Of a stretch of DNA of 64,000 bases, positions 33,926 through 43,655 are shown piece by piece (positions within the stretch are counted from its first letter, which is position 1; every line of letters starts with the position of its first letter). The notes under the pieces are model-generated. The model did no database searches. It was not told where the DNA came from and was given only the letters and a program-made list of their open reading frames with translations. The stretch comes from an uncultured Acidobacteriota bacterium. GTDB taxonomy: Bacteria > Acidobacteriota > Thermoanaerobaculia > Multivoradales > SZUA-115. The stretch spans positions 288,001 through 352,000 of the forward strand of contig CAWDVR010000005.1 of NCBI GenBank assembly GCA_963805975.1, written 5' to 3'. The position numbers were made by a program, and so were the translations under genes.

Positions 33926-35010
33926 CGGCTGTCCTTCGCCCCGTCCCGGCGGTCGAGGATCGAGCCCAGGCGCTGGTCGAGCCAGGCCCAGAAATCGGGC
34001 TCGGGCTCGGCGGCCATGGGCAGCTCGGCGAGGGGCACGGCGAGCGCCGCGCCCGCGAGCTTCACCGCGTCCTTCTCGGTCACCAGCACCGCGCGGGCGC
34101 CGGCCGCCGCGAGCTCCGCCTCGATCCGGTGAAGGCTCGCCCGGGGAAAGGCATGGTGGTCGGGAAACACGAGCTGACCCGCCACCTCGAAGCCCAAGCC
34201 CTCGGCCGCGGCGCGGAAGGCGGCCGGCCGCGCGATGCCGCTCGCGAGCAGCACCCGCGTGCCGGCCGGGAGCGGCGAGCCGTCGAGCTTGCGCACCGGT
34301 CCAAAGCGCGCCGGCGCCGCAAAGGCCGGTCCGCGAAAGCCGAAGCCGGCGAGCGACGCACCGAGCCCGCGAGCGTCCTCCGCGCACACGCCGGCCCCGG
34401 TCAGCAGGGCGGCGTCCGCCCGCGCCGCGGAGGAGAGCGGCTCGCGCAGGCGGCCGGAGGGCGGCAGCCGTCCGCCGCCGAAAGGGTCGGCGGCCGGGAA
34501 GGCGAGGAGGTCGAGATCCCGCCGTAGCGCCAAGTGCGAGAAGCCGTCATCGAGAAGGAAGACATCGGGCGGCGGCGACAGGCTGTCGAGCGCGGCGAGC
34601 CCGGCCCGGTAGCGGTCGGCGCCGACCACGACCGCGACTCCGGGGAGCGCCCGCGCCAGGAGCACGGGCTCGTCACCGGCCTCGCGGGGCGTGAGGAGAG
34701 GTCCGCGCTCGAAGGTCGAGACCCAGCGGATGCCCCGGCCGCTCCCGCCGTAGCCGCGGGACAGGATGGCGACGCGGTGGCCCCCAAGACCGGCGCCCGA
34801 ATCCCGCACGTGGGCGGCGAGGGCGGCGACCAGCGGTGTCTTGCCGGTGCCGCCCCAGTGCAGGTTGCCCACCGAGAGCACCGGCCGCGGCAGGGTCCGC
34901 GCGCGCGCCGCGTACCAGCGGCGGCGCAGGCGGTGTGCGCTGCCGTACAGCCTCTGCCAGGGCGAGCGGGGCTCGGCCGGCGCCGCGAAGGCTCTGGTGG
35001 GCTCGCTCAT
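33922..35010 (-). CDS. lpxK: Tetraacyldisaccharide 4'-kinase
   Basis: SVGNLHWGGTGKTP, LSRGYGG, GDEP, LDDGFSH, LPPSGRLRE, FPDHH, TEKDAVK. Confidence 0.95.
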   Translation of the reverse strand: MSEPTRAFAAPAEPRSPWQRLYGSAHRLRRRWYAARARTLPRPVLSVGNLHWGGTGKTPLVAALAAHVRDSGAGLGGHRVAILSRGYGGSGRGIRWVSTFERGPLLTPREAGDEPVLLARALPGVAVVVGADRYRAGLAALDSLSPPPDVFLLDDGFSHLALRRDLDLLAFPAADPFGGGRLPPSGRLREPLSSAARADAALLTGAGVCAEDARGLGASLAGFGFRGPAFAAPARFGPVRKLDGSPLPAGTRVLLASGIARPAAFRAAAEGLGFEVAGQLVFPDHHAFPRASLHRIEAELAAAGARAVLVTEKDAVKLAGAALAVPLAELPMAAEPEPDFWAWLDQRLGSILDRRDGAKDSR

Positions 35011-36341
35011 CCGGCGGCGCGGCGCGGTACGGGGGCCTGAAGAAAGGGGGCCAGCAGCTCGAGGGTCCGCGCCAGGGCGCCGCGGTTCGCCTCGAGGAGC
35101 GCCGCGGCCCTGGCGCCCAGCGCTCCGGCGGCGGCCGGGTCGTCCAGCCACCCGCGCCAGGCGACGGCGAGCTCGGCGGCGGTCGCCACCCGCTGCCAGG
35201 CCTGCGCCTGGTCGAAGCGCTCGGCCATGTCGCGGAAGTTGTCCATCGCAGGGCCCACCGCCACCGGCACGCCGAAGCGGGCCGCCTCCAGGGGGTTGTG
35301 ACCGCCGGTGGGCACGAGTGTACCGCCGATGAATGCGCCGGCCGCCAGGCGATAGAGCGCGGCGAGCTCGCCCACGGTATCGAGCAACAGAGCGTCGAGC
35401 CGCACGGCATCGGTCACGGGCGCAGCCCGGGTTCCGAGCGCGCTGCGCCGCGCGGTGACGAGACCGCGTTGGAGGAGCAGCCGCTCGACGTCAGCGAAGC
35501 GCTCCGGATGGCGCGGGGCGAGGACCAGGAGGGCCCGTGACCCGCCCCCGGCGCCCGCGAAGGCGTCGAGCACGGCCTCCTCCTCGCCCGCCATGGTCGA
35601 GCCCGCGACCAGGATCGGCCGGCCGGCGGCGAGCTCGGTAAGGCGCGCCTCGAGGTCCGGCCGGGCCGCCGGCTCCGGGGTCTCGAACTTGAGGTTGCCG
35701 GTCACCGTCACCCTCTCGGCGGCGACTCCCAGGGCCAGCAGGCGATCTCGGTCGGCGTCCGTCTGCACCCCGAAGCGTTCGACCGTTCCAAAGAGCGGCC
35801 GGAGGAGCCGCGGCGCGCGGCGGGCCAGCCAGGAGAGGCGCGGAAAGCTCCGGTCGCTCAGCCGGCCGTTGACCACCGCCACCGGCACGCCGCGCTCGCG
35901 GCAGCGAGAGAGGAGGAGGGGCCAGTAGTCACCCTCGACCAGGATCAGGGCGCGCGGCGAATGGCGCCGGAGAAAGCGGCCGACGGGCAGGCCGAGGTCG
36001 AAGGGCAGGTAGGCGACCTCGGCCCGCCCGCCGAAGGCGGCCCTGGCCCGCTCCTGCCCGGTGGGGGTGATGGTGGTGATCAGGAGCGGCAGCTCGGCCG
36101 GCAGGGCGCGGGCCAGGGTTGCGGCCACGCCCACCTCGCCCACCGACACGGCATGGATCCAGAGCGGTTGCCGGTCCGGGGCCATCCCGGGCCGTCCGGA
36201 GCCCTGCCGGCGCCCCCCTTGCCAGCGCTCGGGGATCGTCCCCCAGTAGTGACGCCCGCGACGGGCCAGCTGGACCGGTCCGGCCAGAATCATGGCGACG
36301 GCCATCGCGGCCTGGTAGAGGACCCACAGGGCTCGCTGCAT
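35007..36341 (-). CDS. waaA: 3-deoxy-D-manno-octulosonic acid (Kdo) transferase
   Basis: WIHAVSVGE, YLPFD, NGRLSDRS, GNLKFE, AGST, APRHPERF, GGHNPLE. Confidence 0.95.
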   Translation of the reverse strand: MQRALWVLYQAAMAVAMILAGPVQLARRGRHYWGTIPERWQGGRRQGSGRPGMAPDRQPLWIHAVSVGEVGVAATLARALPAELPLLITTITPTGQERARAAFGGRAEVAYLPFDLGLPVGRFLRRHSPRALILVEGDYWPLLLSRCRERGVPVAVVNGRLSDRSFPRLSWLARRAPRLLRPLFGTVERFGVQTDADRDRLLALGVAAERVTVTGNLKFETPEPAARPDLEARLTELAAGRPILVAGSTMAGEEEAVLDAFAGAGGGSRALLVLAPRHPERFADVERLLLQRGLVTARRSALGTRAAPVTDAVRLDALLLDTVGELAALYRLAAGAFIGGTLVPTGGHNPLEAARFGVPVAVGPAMDNFRDMAERFDQAQAWQRVATAAELAVAWRGWLDDPAAAGALGARAAALLEANRGALARTLELLAPFLQAPVPRRAAG

Positions 36342-36416
36342 CGGGAGGTTCCGTCGAGCCGGCGAGTATAATCGTCCTCTTTCGCGCTCGTCCGGGCGCG
36401 CATCCGAGCCCCTAGC

Positions 36417-37145
36417 GTGAGCGATAGCGACGAAACTACCCAGTCGGGCCCGCCCGCCGAGCCTAGACGGCCCCCGGAAGAGGACCGTACAAAGGAGCGA
36501 GGCCGAAATTTGCCCGAGCTAGCCTATTCATCCCACCGCCACCGCGTCGCCTGGTCCCAGGCGAGCGACCGCGACCTCCTGCTCGGTTTGAAGCAGGAGG
36601 ACGAGGCGGCGCTGAACGAGCTCATCAACCGCAAGACAGCGCCCCTGCTGCAGCTCGTCCAGCGCATCGTGGGCGACAGTGAGGAGGCCCGGGACGTCGT
36701 CCAGGTCACCTTCTTCAAGCTCTGGGAGAACCGCGACAAGTTCGACGAGCGCTGGAGCCCCAACACCTGGATCTACCGCATCGCCTCCAACCTGGCCATC
36801 GACCACTTCCGTTCCCGGCGCAGCCGCGAGCGCGTCGCCGAGCCGGTGCGCCATCACCTGCGGGCGGTGGCCGACGGGCAGTCGGGCAACGACCTGGCCC
36901 GGATCTCCGAGGCCGAGGTGGCGGGCATCTTCCGCGAGCTCTCCGCCGACCTGTCCGAGAAGCAGCGCCTGGTCTTCCTGCTGCGCGAGGTCGAAGGCCT
37001 GCCTTCGAACGAGGTCGCCGAGATCGCCGGCTGCCAGGAGTCCACGGTCCGAAATCATCTGTTCAACGCCCGCAAGCACTTGCGGACGGCGCTGATCCGC
37101 CGCTACCCCGAGTATGCGAGCCGCTGGCGCGGGGAGGAAGCGTGA
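36417..37145 (+). CDS. ECF RNA polymerase sigma factor
   Basis: EARDVVQVTFFKLW, WIYRIASNLAIDHFR, LREVEGL..EVAEI..STVRNHLFNAR. Confidence 0.92.
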   Translation: MSDSDETTQSGPPAEPRRPPEEDRTKERGRNLPELAYSSHRHRVAWSQASDRDLLLGLKQEDEAALNELINRKTAPLLQLVQRIVGDSEEARDVVQVTFFKLWENRDKFDERWSPNTWIYRIASNLAIDHFRSRRSRERVAEPVRHHLRAVADGQSGNDLARISEAEVAGIFRELSADLSEKQRLVFLLREVEGLPSNEVAEIAGCQESTVRNHLFNARKHLRTALIRRYPEYASRWRGEEA

Positions 37146-37726
37146 GCTGCCCCGACTGGCGCCATCTGGTGGCGGAGCGGGAGGCGGGAGCGGGCGACGC
37201 GGGCCCGGCCTGGGCCGCGGCCCGCCAGCACCTGTGCTCCTGCCCGCGCTGCCGCGAGGTGGCCCTCGCCGCCGATCCGACCCTGATCTTCCTGCGCCTG
37301 CCGGCGCCCACGGTCCCGGCCGCCGAGGTCACGTCCATGCAGCAGGGGGTCGCGGCCATGATCCGCGCCAGCCGGGTCCGTGCCAGTGGGGTAACGACCG
37401 TTCCCGCCGGGCGCCTGTTCGACCCGCGGCCGGCCCACCGCTTGGGCGGTGCGATGCGCTGGGCACGCCCCGCCGCGGCCGCGGCTCTGTTCGCGATCGG
37501 CGTGCTCCAGGCCCCGGTGGCCAGAGAGAGCGTGGCGAAGAGCTTCATCGCTCGTTCCCCGGCCTCGTCCCTGGTAGAAACCGGCTCGGGGCGCTCGTTC
37601 CCGGCCGTTGCCGCCTCGACCGGCTCGATCCTAGAGGATCTCGACCTTCCCGACGCGCGGGTCTACGAGGTCGCCTCCGAGGAGATGCAGGTGGTGATGG
37701 TCGTGGATTCGAGCCTGGACCTGTGA
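37142..37726 (+). CDS. Zinc-finger (ZAS, HxxxCxxC) membrane anti-sigma factor
   Basis: GTGA overlap with the sigma gene; MSC..HLCSCPRC; TM segment. Confidence 0.8.
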   Translation: MSCPDWRHLVAEREAGAGDAGPAWAAARQHLCSCPRCREVALAADPTLIFLRLPAPTVPAAEVTSMQQGVAAMIRASRVRASGVTTVPAGRLFDPRPAHRLGGAMRWARPAAAAALFAIGVLQAPVARESVAKSFIARSPASSLVETGSGRSFPAVAASTGSILEDLDLPDARVYEVASEEMQVVMVVDSSLDL

Positions 37727-38499
37727 TGCCATCCCTATCCACGAGCGGCCGGCCTTTCGCGGCGGCCGGGCCCTTCATGTGCTCTCGCCGCACACCCGGA
37801 GCGCTGATTCTGGCGCTCGCCCTCGCTTTCGGGGCCGCCGCCGCTGGGGCGGCTCCCAAGGTGCCGCCGGCGCCGAGGATGGAGCTCTACGCCTACGAGC
37901 TGGAGCACCAGCGGGCGGACGAGGCCTTCGCCGTGGTCCAGCCGCTCCTCTCCTCCTCGGGCACACTCGAGCTGCGGCCCAAGGACAACACGCTGGTGAT
38001 CCGCGACACCCGCGCGACGCTCGGCAAGGTGGTGGCGGCGCTCAGGGCTTTCGATCATCCGTCCCGTGATCTCGAGATCGAGGTCACCATGGTGCAGGCG
38101 ACGCGGGCCTCCTTCTCGCCGCTCCTCGCCGACCAGGCGCTGTCGCCCGAGCTCGCCTCACGCCTCAAGCTGATGCTCCCCTTCTCCAATTACCGGGTGC
38201 TGGCCACCACCCTCCTCCATGCCCGCGAGGGCGAGGAGGTCACCTACGAGATCGGCGAGGGCTTCAGCGTCCGGTTCCGTACCGGTGTGGTGCGCCCCGG
38301 GGTCGGCGGAGAAGGCCACCAGATGCTCAAGCTCAACGGCTTCCGCCTGTCGCGGGAGGGCGGCGGCGCGCCGAAGTCGCTGCTGTCGACCACCATGAGC
38401 CTGCAGCTCGACAAACCCATGGCCCTGACCTTGGCCGGCAGCGAAGCCTCGAGCACCGCCCTGGTAGTGGTGCTCGAGCCCCGCCTGGACGGGAACTGA
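37726..38499 (+). CDS. Exported protein with a stand-alone secretin N-domain-like region
   Basis: TGATG overlap; signal peptide; LEHQRADEAFAVVQPLLS..GTL..DNTLVIRD..LRAFD. Start may be 37777. Confidence 0.7.
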   Translation: MPSLSTSGRPFAAAGPFMCSRRTPGALILALALAFGAAAAGAAPKVPPAPRMELYAYELEHQRADEAFAVVQPLLSSSGTLELRPKDNTLVIRDTRATLGKVVAALRAFDHPSRDLEIEVTMVQATRASFSPLLADQALSPELASRLKLMLPFSNYRVLATTLLHAREGEEVTYEIGEGFSVRFRTGVVRPGVGGEGHQMLKLNGFRLSREGGGAPKSLLSTTMSLQLDKPMALTLAGSEASSTALVVVLEPRLDGN

Positions 38500-38547
38500 G
38501 CCCGAGCCCGGCATCCGCCGCGAAGCGTCCTTTCTACCCAGCCCGCC

Positions 38548-39765
38548 ATGCAGTATCTCTGCCGCTTAGGTTTGCCCGACGGCCGCGTCGTCGAGGAGAT
38601 CCATCAGGGTCGCGACGAGAGCTCGCTGGTCGCGGAGCTCGAGCGCCGGGGCCTGCACGTCTTCGAAGCGCGTCCGCGCGGCATCTCGCTCGCCCGCCTG
38701 GTGCCCTCCGGGCGGCGCTCGAAGAAGGTTCTGTCGCCGACCGAGTTCCTGATCTTCAACCAGGAGCTGGCGGCGCTCCTGAAGGCCGGCCTGCCGCTCC
38801 TCCAGGCGCTCGAGCTGATGCTGGAGCGCATGCGTCCCGGCCGCTTCCGGGAGATCCTGACCGACGTGCGCGAGCGCATCAAGGGGGGCGAGGAGCTGTC
38901 CGACGCGTTCGAGACCTACGGCGAGTTCTTTCCTCGCCTCTACCCGGCCTCGCTCAAGGCGGGCGAGAAGAGCGGCGAGCTCGAGAAGGTGCTGCGCCGC
39001 TTCGTCCGCTACCTGAAGCTGGTGACCGACGCCCGGAAGCGCATGGTCTCGGCGCTGGTCTACCCGGCGGTCCTGGTCGGCCTGTCGGGCGCCATGATCC
39101 TCACGCTGTCGATCGCGGTGGTGCCGCAGTTCCAGGACTTCTTCGACCAGATGAAGGTCGATCTGCCCCTGATCAGCAAGATCACCCTCGGGGTCTCGCT
39201 CTTCCTGGTCCACAACCTGGTGCTGATCGCGAGCGTGCTGGCAGTGAGCATCTTCCTCTTCCTGCGCTGGAAGCGGACCGCTGCCGGCACCGTGGCCCTC
39301 GACCACGCGAAGCTCCGCCTGCCGCTCCTGGGCTCGGTGCTGCACCGCTTCTCGCTGTCGGAGTTCTCCCGCTCGCTGTCGACGCTTCTCGCCGGCGGCA
39401 TCCCGCTGGTCGCCTCCTTCGAGATCGCCACCCGCGCGGTGAGCAACCAGTACGTGCGCCGGCGCCTCGAGCCGGCGATCGACCGCGTGCGCGAGGGCCG
39501 CGCCTTCCACATCGCGCTCGAAGAGAGCGGCGTCTTCCTGCCGCTCGGCATCGAGCTGGTGAAGGTGGGGGAGTCGACCGGCGCCCTCGACGAGATGCTG
39601 GGGACGGTGTCGGACTTTTTCGACGAGGAGGTGGAGACCCGGATGCAGCGCCTGCTGTCGCTGGTCGAGCCCCTGATGCTGGTGTTCCTGGGGCTGGTGA
39701 TCGCCATCATCCTGATCTCGATCTACCTGCCGCTCTTCGCCTCGCTGTCGCAGTCGCAGTTCTAG
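38548..39765 (+). CDS. gspF: Type II secretion / type IV pilus inner-membrane platform protein (GspF/PilC)
   Basis: LLKAGLPL, AGEKSGEL, ALVYP, VGESTGALDEML, LVEP, IYLPLF. Confidence 0.92.
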   Translation: MQYLCRLGLPDGRVVEEIHQGRDESSLVAELERRGLHVFEARPRGISLARLVPSGRRSKKVLSPTEFLIFNQELAALLKAGLPLLQALELMLERMRPGRFREILTDVRERIKGGEELSDAFETYGEFFPRLYPASLKAGEKSGELEKVLRRFVRYLKLVTDARKRMVSALVYPAVLVGLSGAMILTLSIAVVPQFQDFFDQMKVDLPLISKITLGVSLFLVHNLVLIASVLAVSIFLFLRWKRTAAGTVALDHAKLRLPLLGSVLHRFSLSEFSRSLSTLLAGGIPLVASFEIATRAVSNQYVRRRLEPAIDRVREGRAFHIALEESGVFLPLGIELVKVGESTGALDEMLGTVSDFFDEEVETRMQRLLSLVEPLMLVFLGLVIAIILISIYLPLFASLSQSQF

Positions 39766-39837
39766 GGCGCCGCTAGACGCCCCGTGACCAGGCTTCGTTA
39801 GTAAGATGGAACGTCTGTCCGACCCCGAGAGAGCCCC

Positions 39838-41475
39838 ATGGCCGTCAACCTGACCCTAGCCGAGCCCGAGACCATCGAACAGGCGCAGGAGCGCCTGGCG
39901 CGCGAGCGCCGGGAGGCGGCGGAGATCGCTCACCGCTACGGGCTCGATCTGGTGGACATGGCGGCCTTCCGCATCGACAACGACCTCTTCCGCTCGATCC
40001 CCTTCGACCTCATGCTGCGCTACGGGTTCCTGCCCGAGGCGCAGCTCGCCGGGCGGCTGGCGGTGGTCATGGCCGACCCCACGGACGTGGTCAAGCTCGA
40101 CGAGATGGAGCTGCTCCTGGGCCAGCCGGTCGAGGTCAAGGTCGGCGCCCGCTCGGCGATCGACGAGATCCTGCAGAAGTCGGAGAGCACCCAGCGGGTG
40201 CTCGACGAGGCGACCGAGGACTTCCGCATCCAGCTCGTGCAGGAGGACGAAGAGGGCGAAGAGGTGCTGTCGATCGACAGCATCACGGCCGACACCAGCC
40301 CGATCATCAAGCTCATCGACTCGACGGTCTTCAACGCCATCCAGCGGCGGGCGAGCGACATCCACATCGAGACCCGCGACACCGAGGTGATCATCAAGTA
40401 CCGCATCGACGGCGTGCTCTACCAGGCCATGGAGCCGATCGACAAGCGGCACCACCAGACGATCATCAGCCGCATCAAGGTGATGTCCGAGCTCGACATC
40501 GCCGAGAAACGGATCCCCCAGGACGGCCGCTTCAAGCTGCGGCTCAAAGGCCGCACCATCGACTTCCGCGTCTCCGTGATGCCCTCGGTGCACGGCGAGG
40601 ACTGCGTGATCCGAATCCTCGACAAGGAGTCGATGAACAAGGAGTTCAAGAACCTGCGGCTGGACATCCTGGGCTTCGACGAAGAGACCATGCGCAAGCT
40701 GCGCAAGTTCATCCGCGAGCCCTACGGCATGGTGCTGGTCACCGGACCGACCGGCTCCGGCAAGACCACCACGCTCTACGCCGCGCTCTCCGAGATCCAG
40801 AGCTCCGAGGACAAGATCATCACCATCGAGGACCCCGTCGAGTACCAGCTGCGGGGCATCACCCAGATCCCGGTCAACGAGAAGAAGGGCCTGACCTTCG
40901 CCCGCGGCCTGCGCTCGATCCTGCGCCACGACCCGGACAAGATCATGGTCGGCGAGATCCGCGACGAGGACACGGCGCAGATCGCCATCCAGTCGGCGCT
41001 CACCGGCCACCTGGTGTTCACCACCGTGCACGCCAACAACGTGGTGGACGTGCTGGGCCGCTTCCTCAACATGAAGGTCGACCTCTACAACTTCGTCTCG
41101 GCCTTGAACTGCGTGCTGGCGCAGCGGCTGGTGAGAAAGATCTGCCCGCACTGCAAGAAGCCGGTGAAGGCCAGCCGGCAGCTCCTCGAGGAGAGCGGCA
41201 TCGACGTCGACAAGTACGCCGGCCAGACCTTCCACGAAGGCAGCGGCTGCATCGAGTGCAACGGCACCGGCTTTCTCGGCCGGCTGGCCATCTCCGAGCT
41301 CCTGGACCTCTCCGACCGCATCCGCGAGCTGATCCTCGAGCGGCGGCCGGCGTCCGAGATCAAACGCGCCGCCAAGGAGGAAGGCATGGTCTTCCTCCGT
41401 GAGTCGGCGCTCGAAAAGGTACTGGGCGGGATCACCACACTGCGTGAGATCAATAAATTTACCTTCGTGGAGTGA
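39838..41475 (+). CDS. gspE: Assembly ATPase (GspE/PilB)
   Basis: ASDIHIE, PQDGRF, GPTGSGKTTT, TIEDPVEY, LRHDPD..VGEIRD, TGHLVFTTVH, CPHC..CIEC. Confidence 0.95.
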   Translation: MAVNLTLAEPETIEQAQERLARERREAAEIAHRYGLDLVDMAAFRIDNDLFRSIPFDLMLRYGFLPEAQLAGRLAVVMADPTDVVKLDEMELLLGQPVEVKVGARSAIDEILQKSESTQRVLDEATEDFRIQLVQEDEEGEEVLSIDSITADTSPIIKLIDSTVFNAIQRRASDIHIETRDTEVIIKYRIDGVLYQAMEPIDKRHHQTIISRIKVMSELDIAEKRIPQDGRFKLRLKGRTIDFRVSVMPSVHGEDCVIRILDKESMNKEFKNLRLDILGFDEETMRKLRKFIREPYGMVLVTGPTGSGKTTTLYAALSEIQSSEDKIITIEDPVEYQLRGITQIPVNEKKGLTFARGLRSILRHDPDKIMVGEIRDEDTAQIAIQSALTGHLVFTTVHANNVVDVLGRFLNMKVDLYNFVSALNCVLAQRLVRKICPHCKKPVKASRQLLEESGIDVDKYAGQTFHEGSGCIECNGTGFLGRLAISELLDLSDRIRELILERRPASEIKRAAKEEGMVFLRESALEKVLGGITTLREINKFTFVE

Positions 41476-42427
41476 GCGCCTGCTGGGCATCACGCCCGTG
41501 CCGGTGCCGCCGCACGCCTTCGGCGTGGACGGCGAGCGCCTGTCCTACCTGCGCCTCGAGCGCGGTGGCGGCGGCCTGACGGTGGCGGCCTTCCGCTCCG
41601 TGGACCTGCCGCCGGAGGCCTTCCACGAGGGTCTGCTCGGTGGCACCTTGAAAGAGGTGCGCGGCTTCCGCGACGCGCTGGCGGCACTCGTCCGGCAGCT
41701 TCCGGGAACGGTGAAGGCGGCCTCGCTGGTGCTGCCCGACGCCTGGCTGCGAGTGGCCTTCACCGAGAGCGGCGATCTGCCGGCAAGCGGCCGGGCGCTC
41801 GACGACGTGCTGCGCTTCAAGCTCCGGCGGCTGGTGCCCTTCCGGGTGGACGAGCTGCGCGTGCGGGGGATCGAGATCGAGCCTCTGCCGAGCCAGGCCG
41901 AGCCGCGGCGCCTGCTCCTGGGGTTCGGCCTCGAGCAGCTCCTCGCGCAGCTCGAGGACGCCTTCGAGGCGGTCGGAGTGCAGCTCGGCCAGATCACCGG
42001 CGAGAGCCTCGCCCTCTTGGGCGCAGTCCACGGCGGAGAGGCCGACGGCGGCCTCCAGAGCCTGGCCCTGGTGGGCCCGGCGGGCTACTCGACGGTCTTC
42101 GCGCGGGGCGGAAAGCCGGTCCTGGCGCGCTACAAGGCGGCGGCCTCCGACCTGGCTGTCGAGGCCCGTGCCTCGATGGTGCGGCGCGACATGCGCCTGA
42201 CGCGCTCCTTCGTCGACGAGCAGCTCCCGGACCTGGCCCTCGGGCCGCTGCTCCTGGCCGCGCCCGCCGAGCTCGGCGGGCCCTGGGGCGAGTGGCTGGC
42301 CGAAGGGCTTGGCGTGCCGGTCGAGCCGCTCGCGCTCCGCCACCTGCCGGCGGTCGCCGGCCTTGCCGACCTCGACCTCTGGCGCGTGGCGCCACTCCTG
42401 GGCGCCGCCACGCAGGAGGTCGCATGA
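41444..42427 (+). CDS. PilM/GspL-like cytoplasmic assembly protein
   Basis: ASLVLPDAWLRV..LRFKLRRLVPF..LEDAFEAVG; operon position. Start uncertain (GTG at 41399, 41444 or 41498). Confidence 0.7.
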   Translation: MRSINLPSWSERLLGITPVPVPPHAFGVDGERLSYLRLERGGGGLTVAAFRSVDLPPEAFHEGLLGGTLKEVRGFRDALAALVRQLPGTVKAASLVLPDAWLRVAFTESGDLPASGRALDDVLRFKLRRLVPFRVDELRVRGIEIEPLPSQAEPRRLLLGFGLEQLLAQLEDAFEAVGVQLGQITGESLALLGAVHGGEADGGLQSLALVGPAGYSTVFARGGKPVLARYKAAASDLAVEARASMVRRDMRLTRSFVDEQLPDLALGPLLLAAPAELGGPWGEWLAEGLGVPVEPLALRHLPAVAGLADLDLWRVAPLLGAATQEVA

Positions 42428-43059
42428 GCGTTCCGATGATGAACCTGGCGCGGCGCCATTTCGTCAACAGCCGGCCGGTGACGCGGCTCGCGGTGGGGCT
42501 CTGGCTGCTCTCGGTCCTGGCGCTCGCCGCCAACGTCTGGCTGTACAAGAGCTACTACCAGGGAAGCGGCGCCCGCGCCCGCCGTCTGGCCGAGATCGAG
42601 CAGGCGCTGGTGAAGGAACGCAACTTCATCGCCGAGCGCCAGGCCGTGCTCGAGCCGCTCCGCCTCGCGCAGCAGAACGCCACCGTGGACTTCCTCAACC
42701 GCAAGATCTCGGAGCGCGCCTTCTCCTGGAGCCGGCTCTTCGAGCGCCTCGGCGAGGTGATGCCCGACCGCGTGCGCCTGACCTCGCTGGGCCAGGACCA
42801 GAAGGCCGAACGCAAGGCCGGCCCGGTCGAGGCAGAGGCGTCCCAGGAGAAGGTCGTCCACTTCCAGATCTCCGGGCAGGCCGACGAGGACGGGGCGCAC
42901 CTGGCCTTCGTCGACGCTCTGTTCGAGCACCCGAACTTCCGCGATCCGAACCTGCTCCGCGAGTCGCAGCGCGAGGGCGACTTCGTGAGCTTCGACGTCT
43001 CCGTGGACTACCTGCCGGCGCGCCCGGTCGCGAGCGCTGCCGGCGAGGGTGCGCCGTGA
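42424..43059 (+). CDS. PilN-like protein
   Basis: ATGA overlap; MNLARRHF, TM, coiled coil, WSRLFERLGEVMPDRVRLTSL. Confidence 0.8.
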   Translation: MSVPMMNLARRHFVNSRPVTRLAVGLWLLSVLALAANVWLYKSYYQGSGARARRLAEIEQALVKERNFIAERQAVLEPLRLAQQNATVDFLNRKISERAFSWSRLFERLGEVMPDRVRLTSLGQDQKAERKAGPVEAEASQEKVVHFQISGQADEDGAHLAFVDALFEHPNFRDPNLLRESQREGDFVSFDVSVDYLPARPVASAAGEGAP

Positions 43060-43655
43060 GCACCTGGGTCGAGGTCTTCCGCCGGCGGCCGGTCCTGTGG
43101 GTGCCGCCGCTCGCCTTCCTGGTCTTGAACATCGTGGCCCTGGCCTTCTACCGCTTCAACTTCGCCAGCGAGTCGGCCGGTGTTGCCGAGCGCCTGGTCG
43201 TGAAGGAGCGGCAGCTCGAGAGCGTGACCGCGGAGCGCCGGCAGCTCGACGCCTTCGTCGAGCGCGCCGAGGTCAACCGCCGCCTGGTCGACGAGATCTA
43301 CCGCGAGCGGCTGGCCACCCGCCGCCAGCGCCTGACGCAGGTGACCGAGGAGGTCAAGACGCTCGCCCGCCGCGCCGGGCTCGACCCGCGCTCGATCACC
43401 TACCCCGAGGAGGCGATCGAGGAGTTCGGCGTCGTCGAGCGCGCCTTCGTGTTCTCGGTCTCGGGCACCTACGCCGAGCTGCGCAACTTCATCAACTTCC
43501 TCGAGCTCTCGCCGTCGCTGCTCACGCTCAAGAAGGTGGACCTCTCGGGCGACCGCGAGGGCAGCGGCGAGCTCGCGATCAGCCTCGAGCTGGCGACGCT
43601 GTTCGCGGTCGAGAGCCCGGCACCCGCGGCCGCAGGCGGAGGGCCCTCGACATGA
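43056..43655 (+). CDS. PilO/GspM-like protein
   Basis: GTGA overlap; TM, coiled coil, VSGTYAELRNFINFLE. Confidence 0.8.
   Translation: MSTWVEVFRRRPVLWVPPLAFLVLNIVALAFYRFNFASESAGVAERLVVKERQLESVTAERRQLDAFVERAEVNRRLVDEIYRERLATRRQRLTQVTEEVKTLARRAGLDPRSITYPEEAIEEFGVVERAFVFSVSGTYAELRNFINFLELSPSLLTLKKVDLSGDREGSGELAISLELATLFAVESPAPAAAGGGPST

Noticed and set aside
36360-36375. TATAAT / TATACT overlapping -10 boxes between waaA and the ECF gene
   Set aside because: Plausible divergent promoters, but I could not assign a matching -35, so they were not called.
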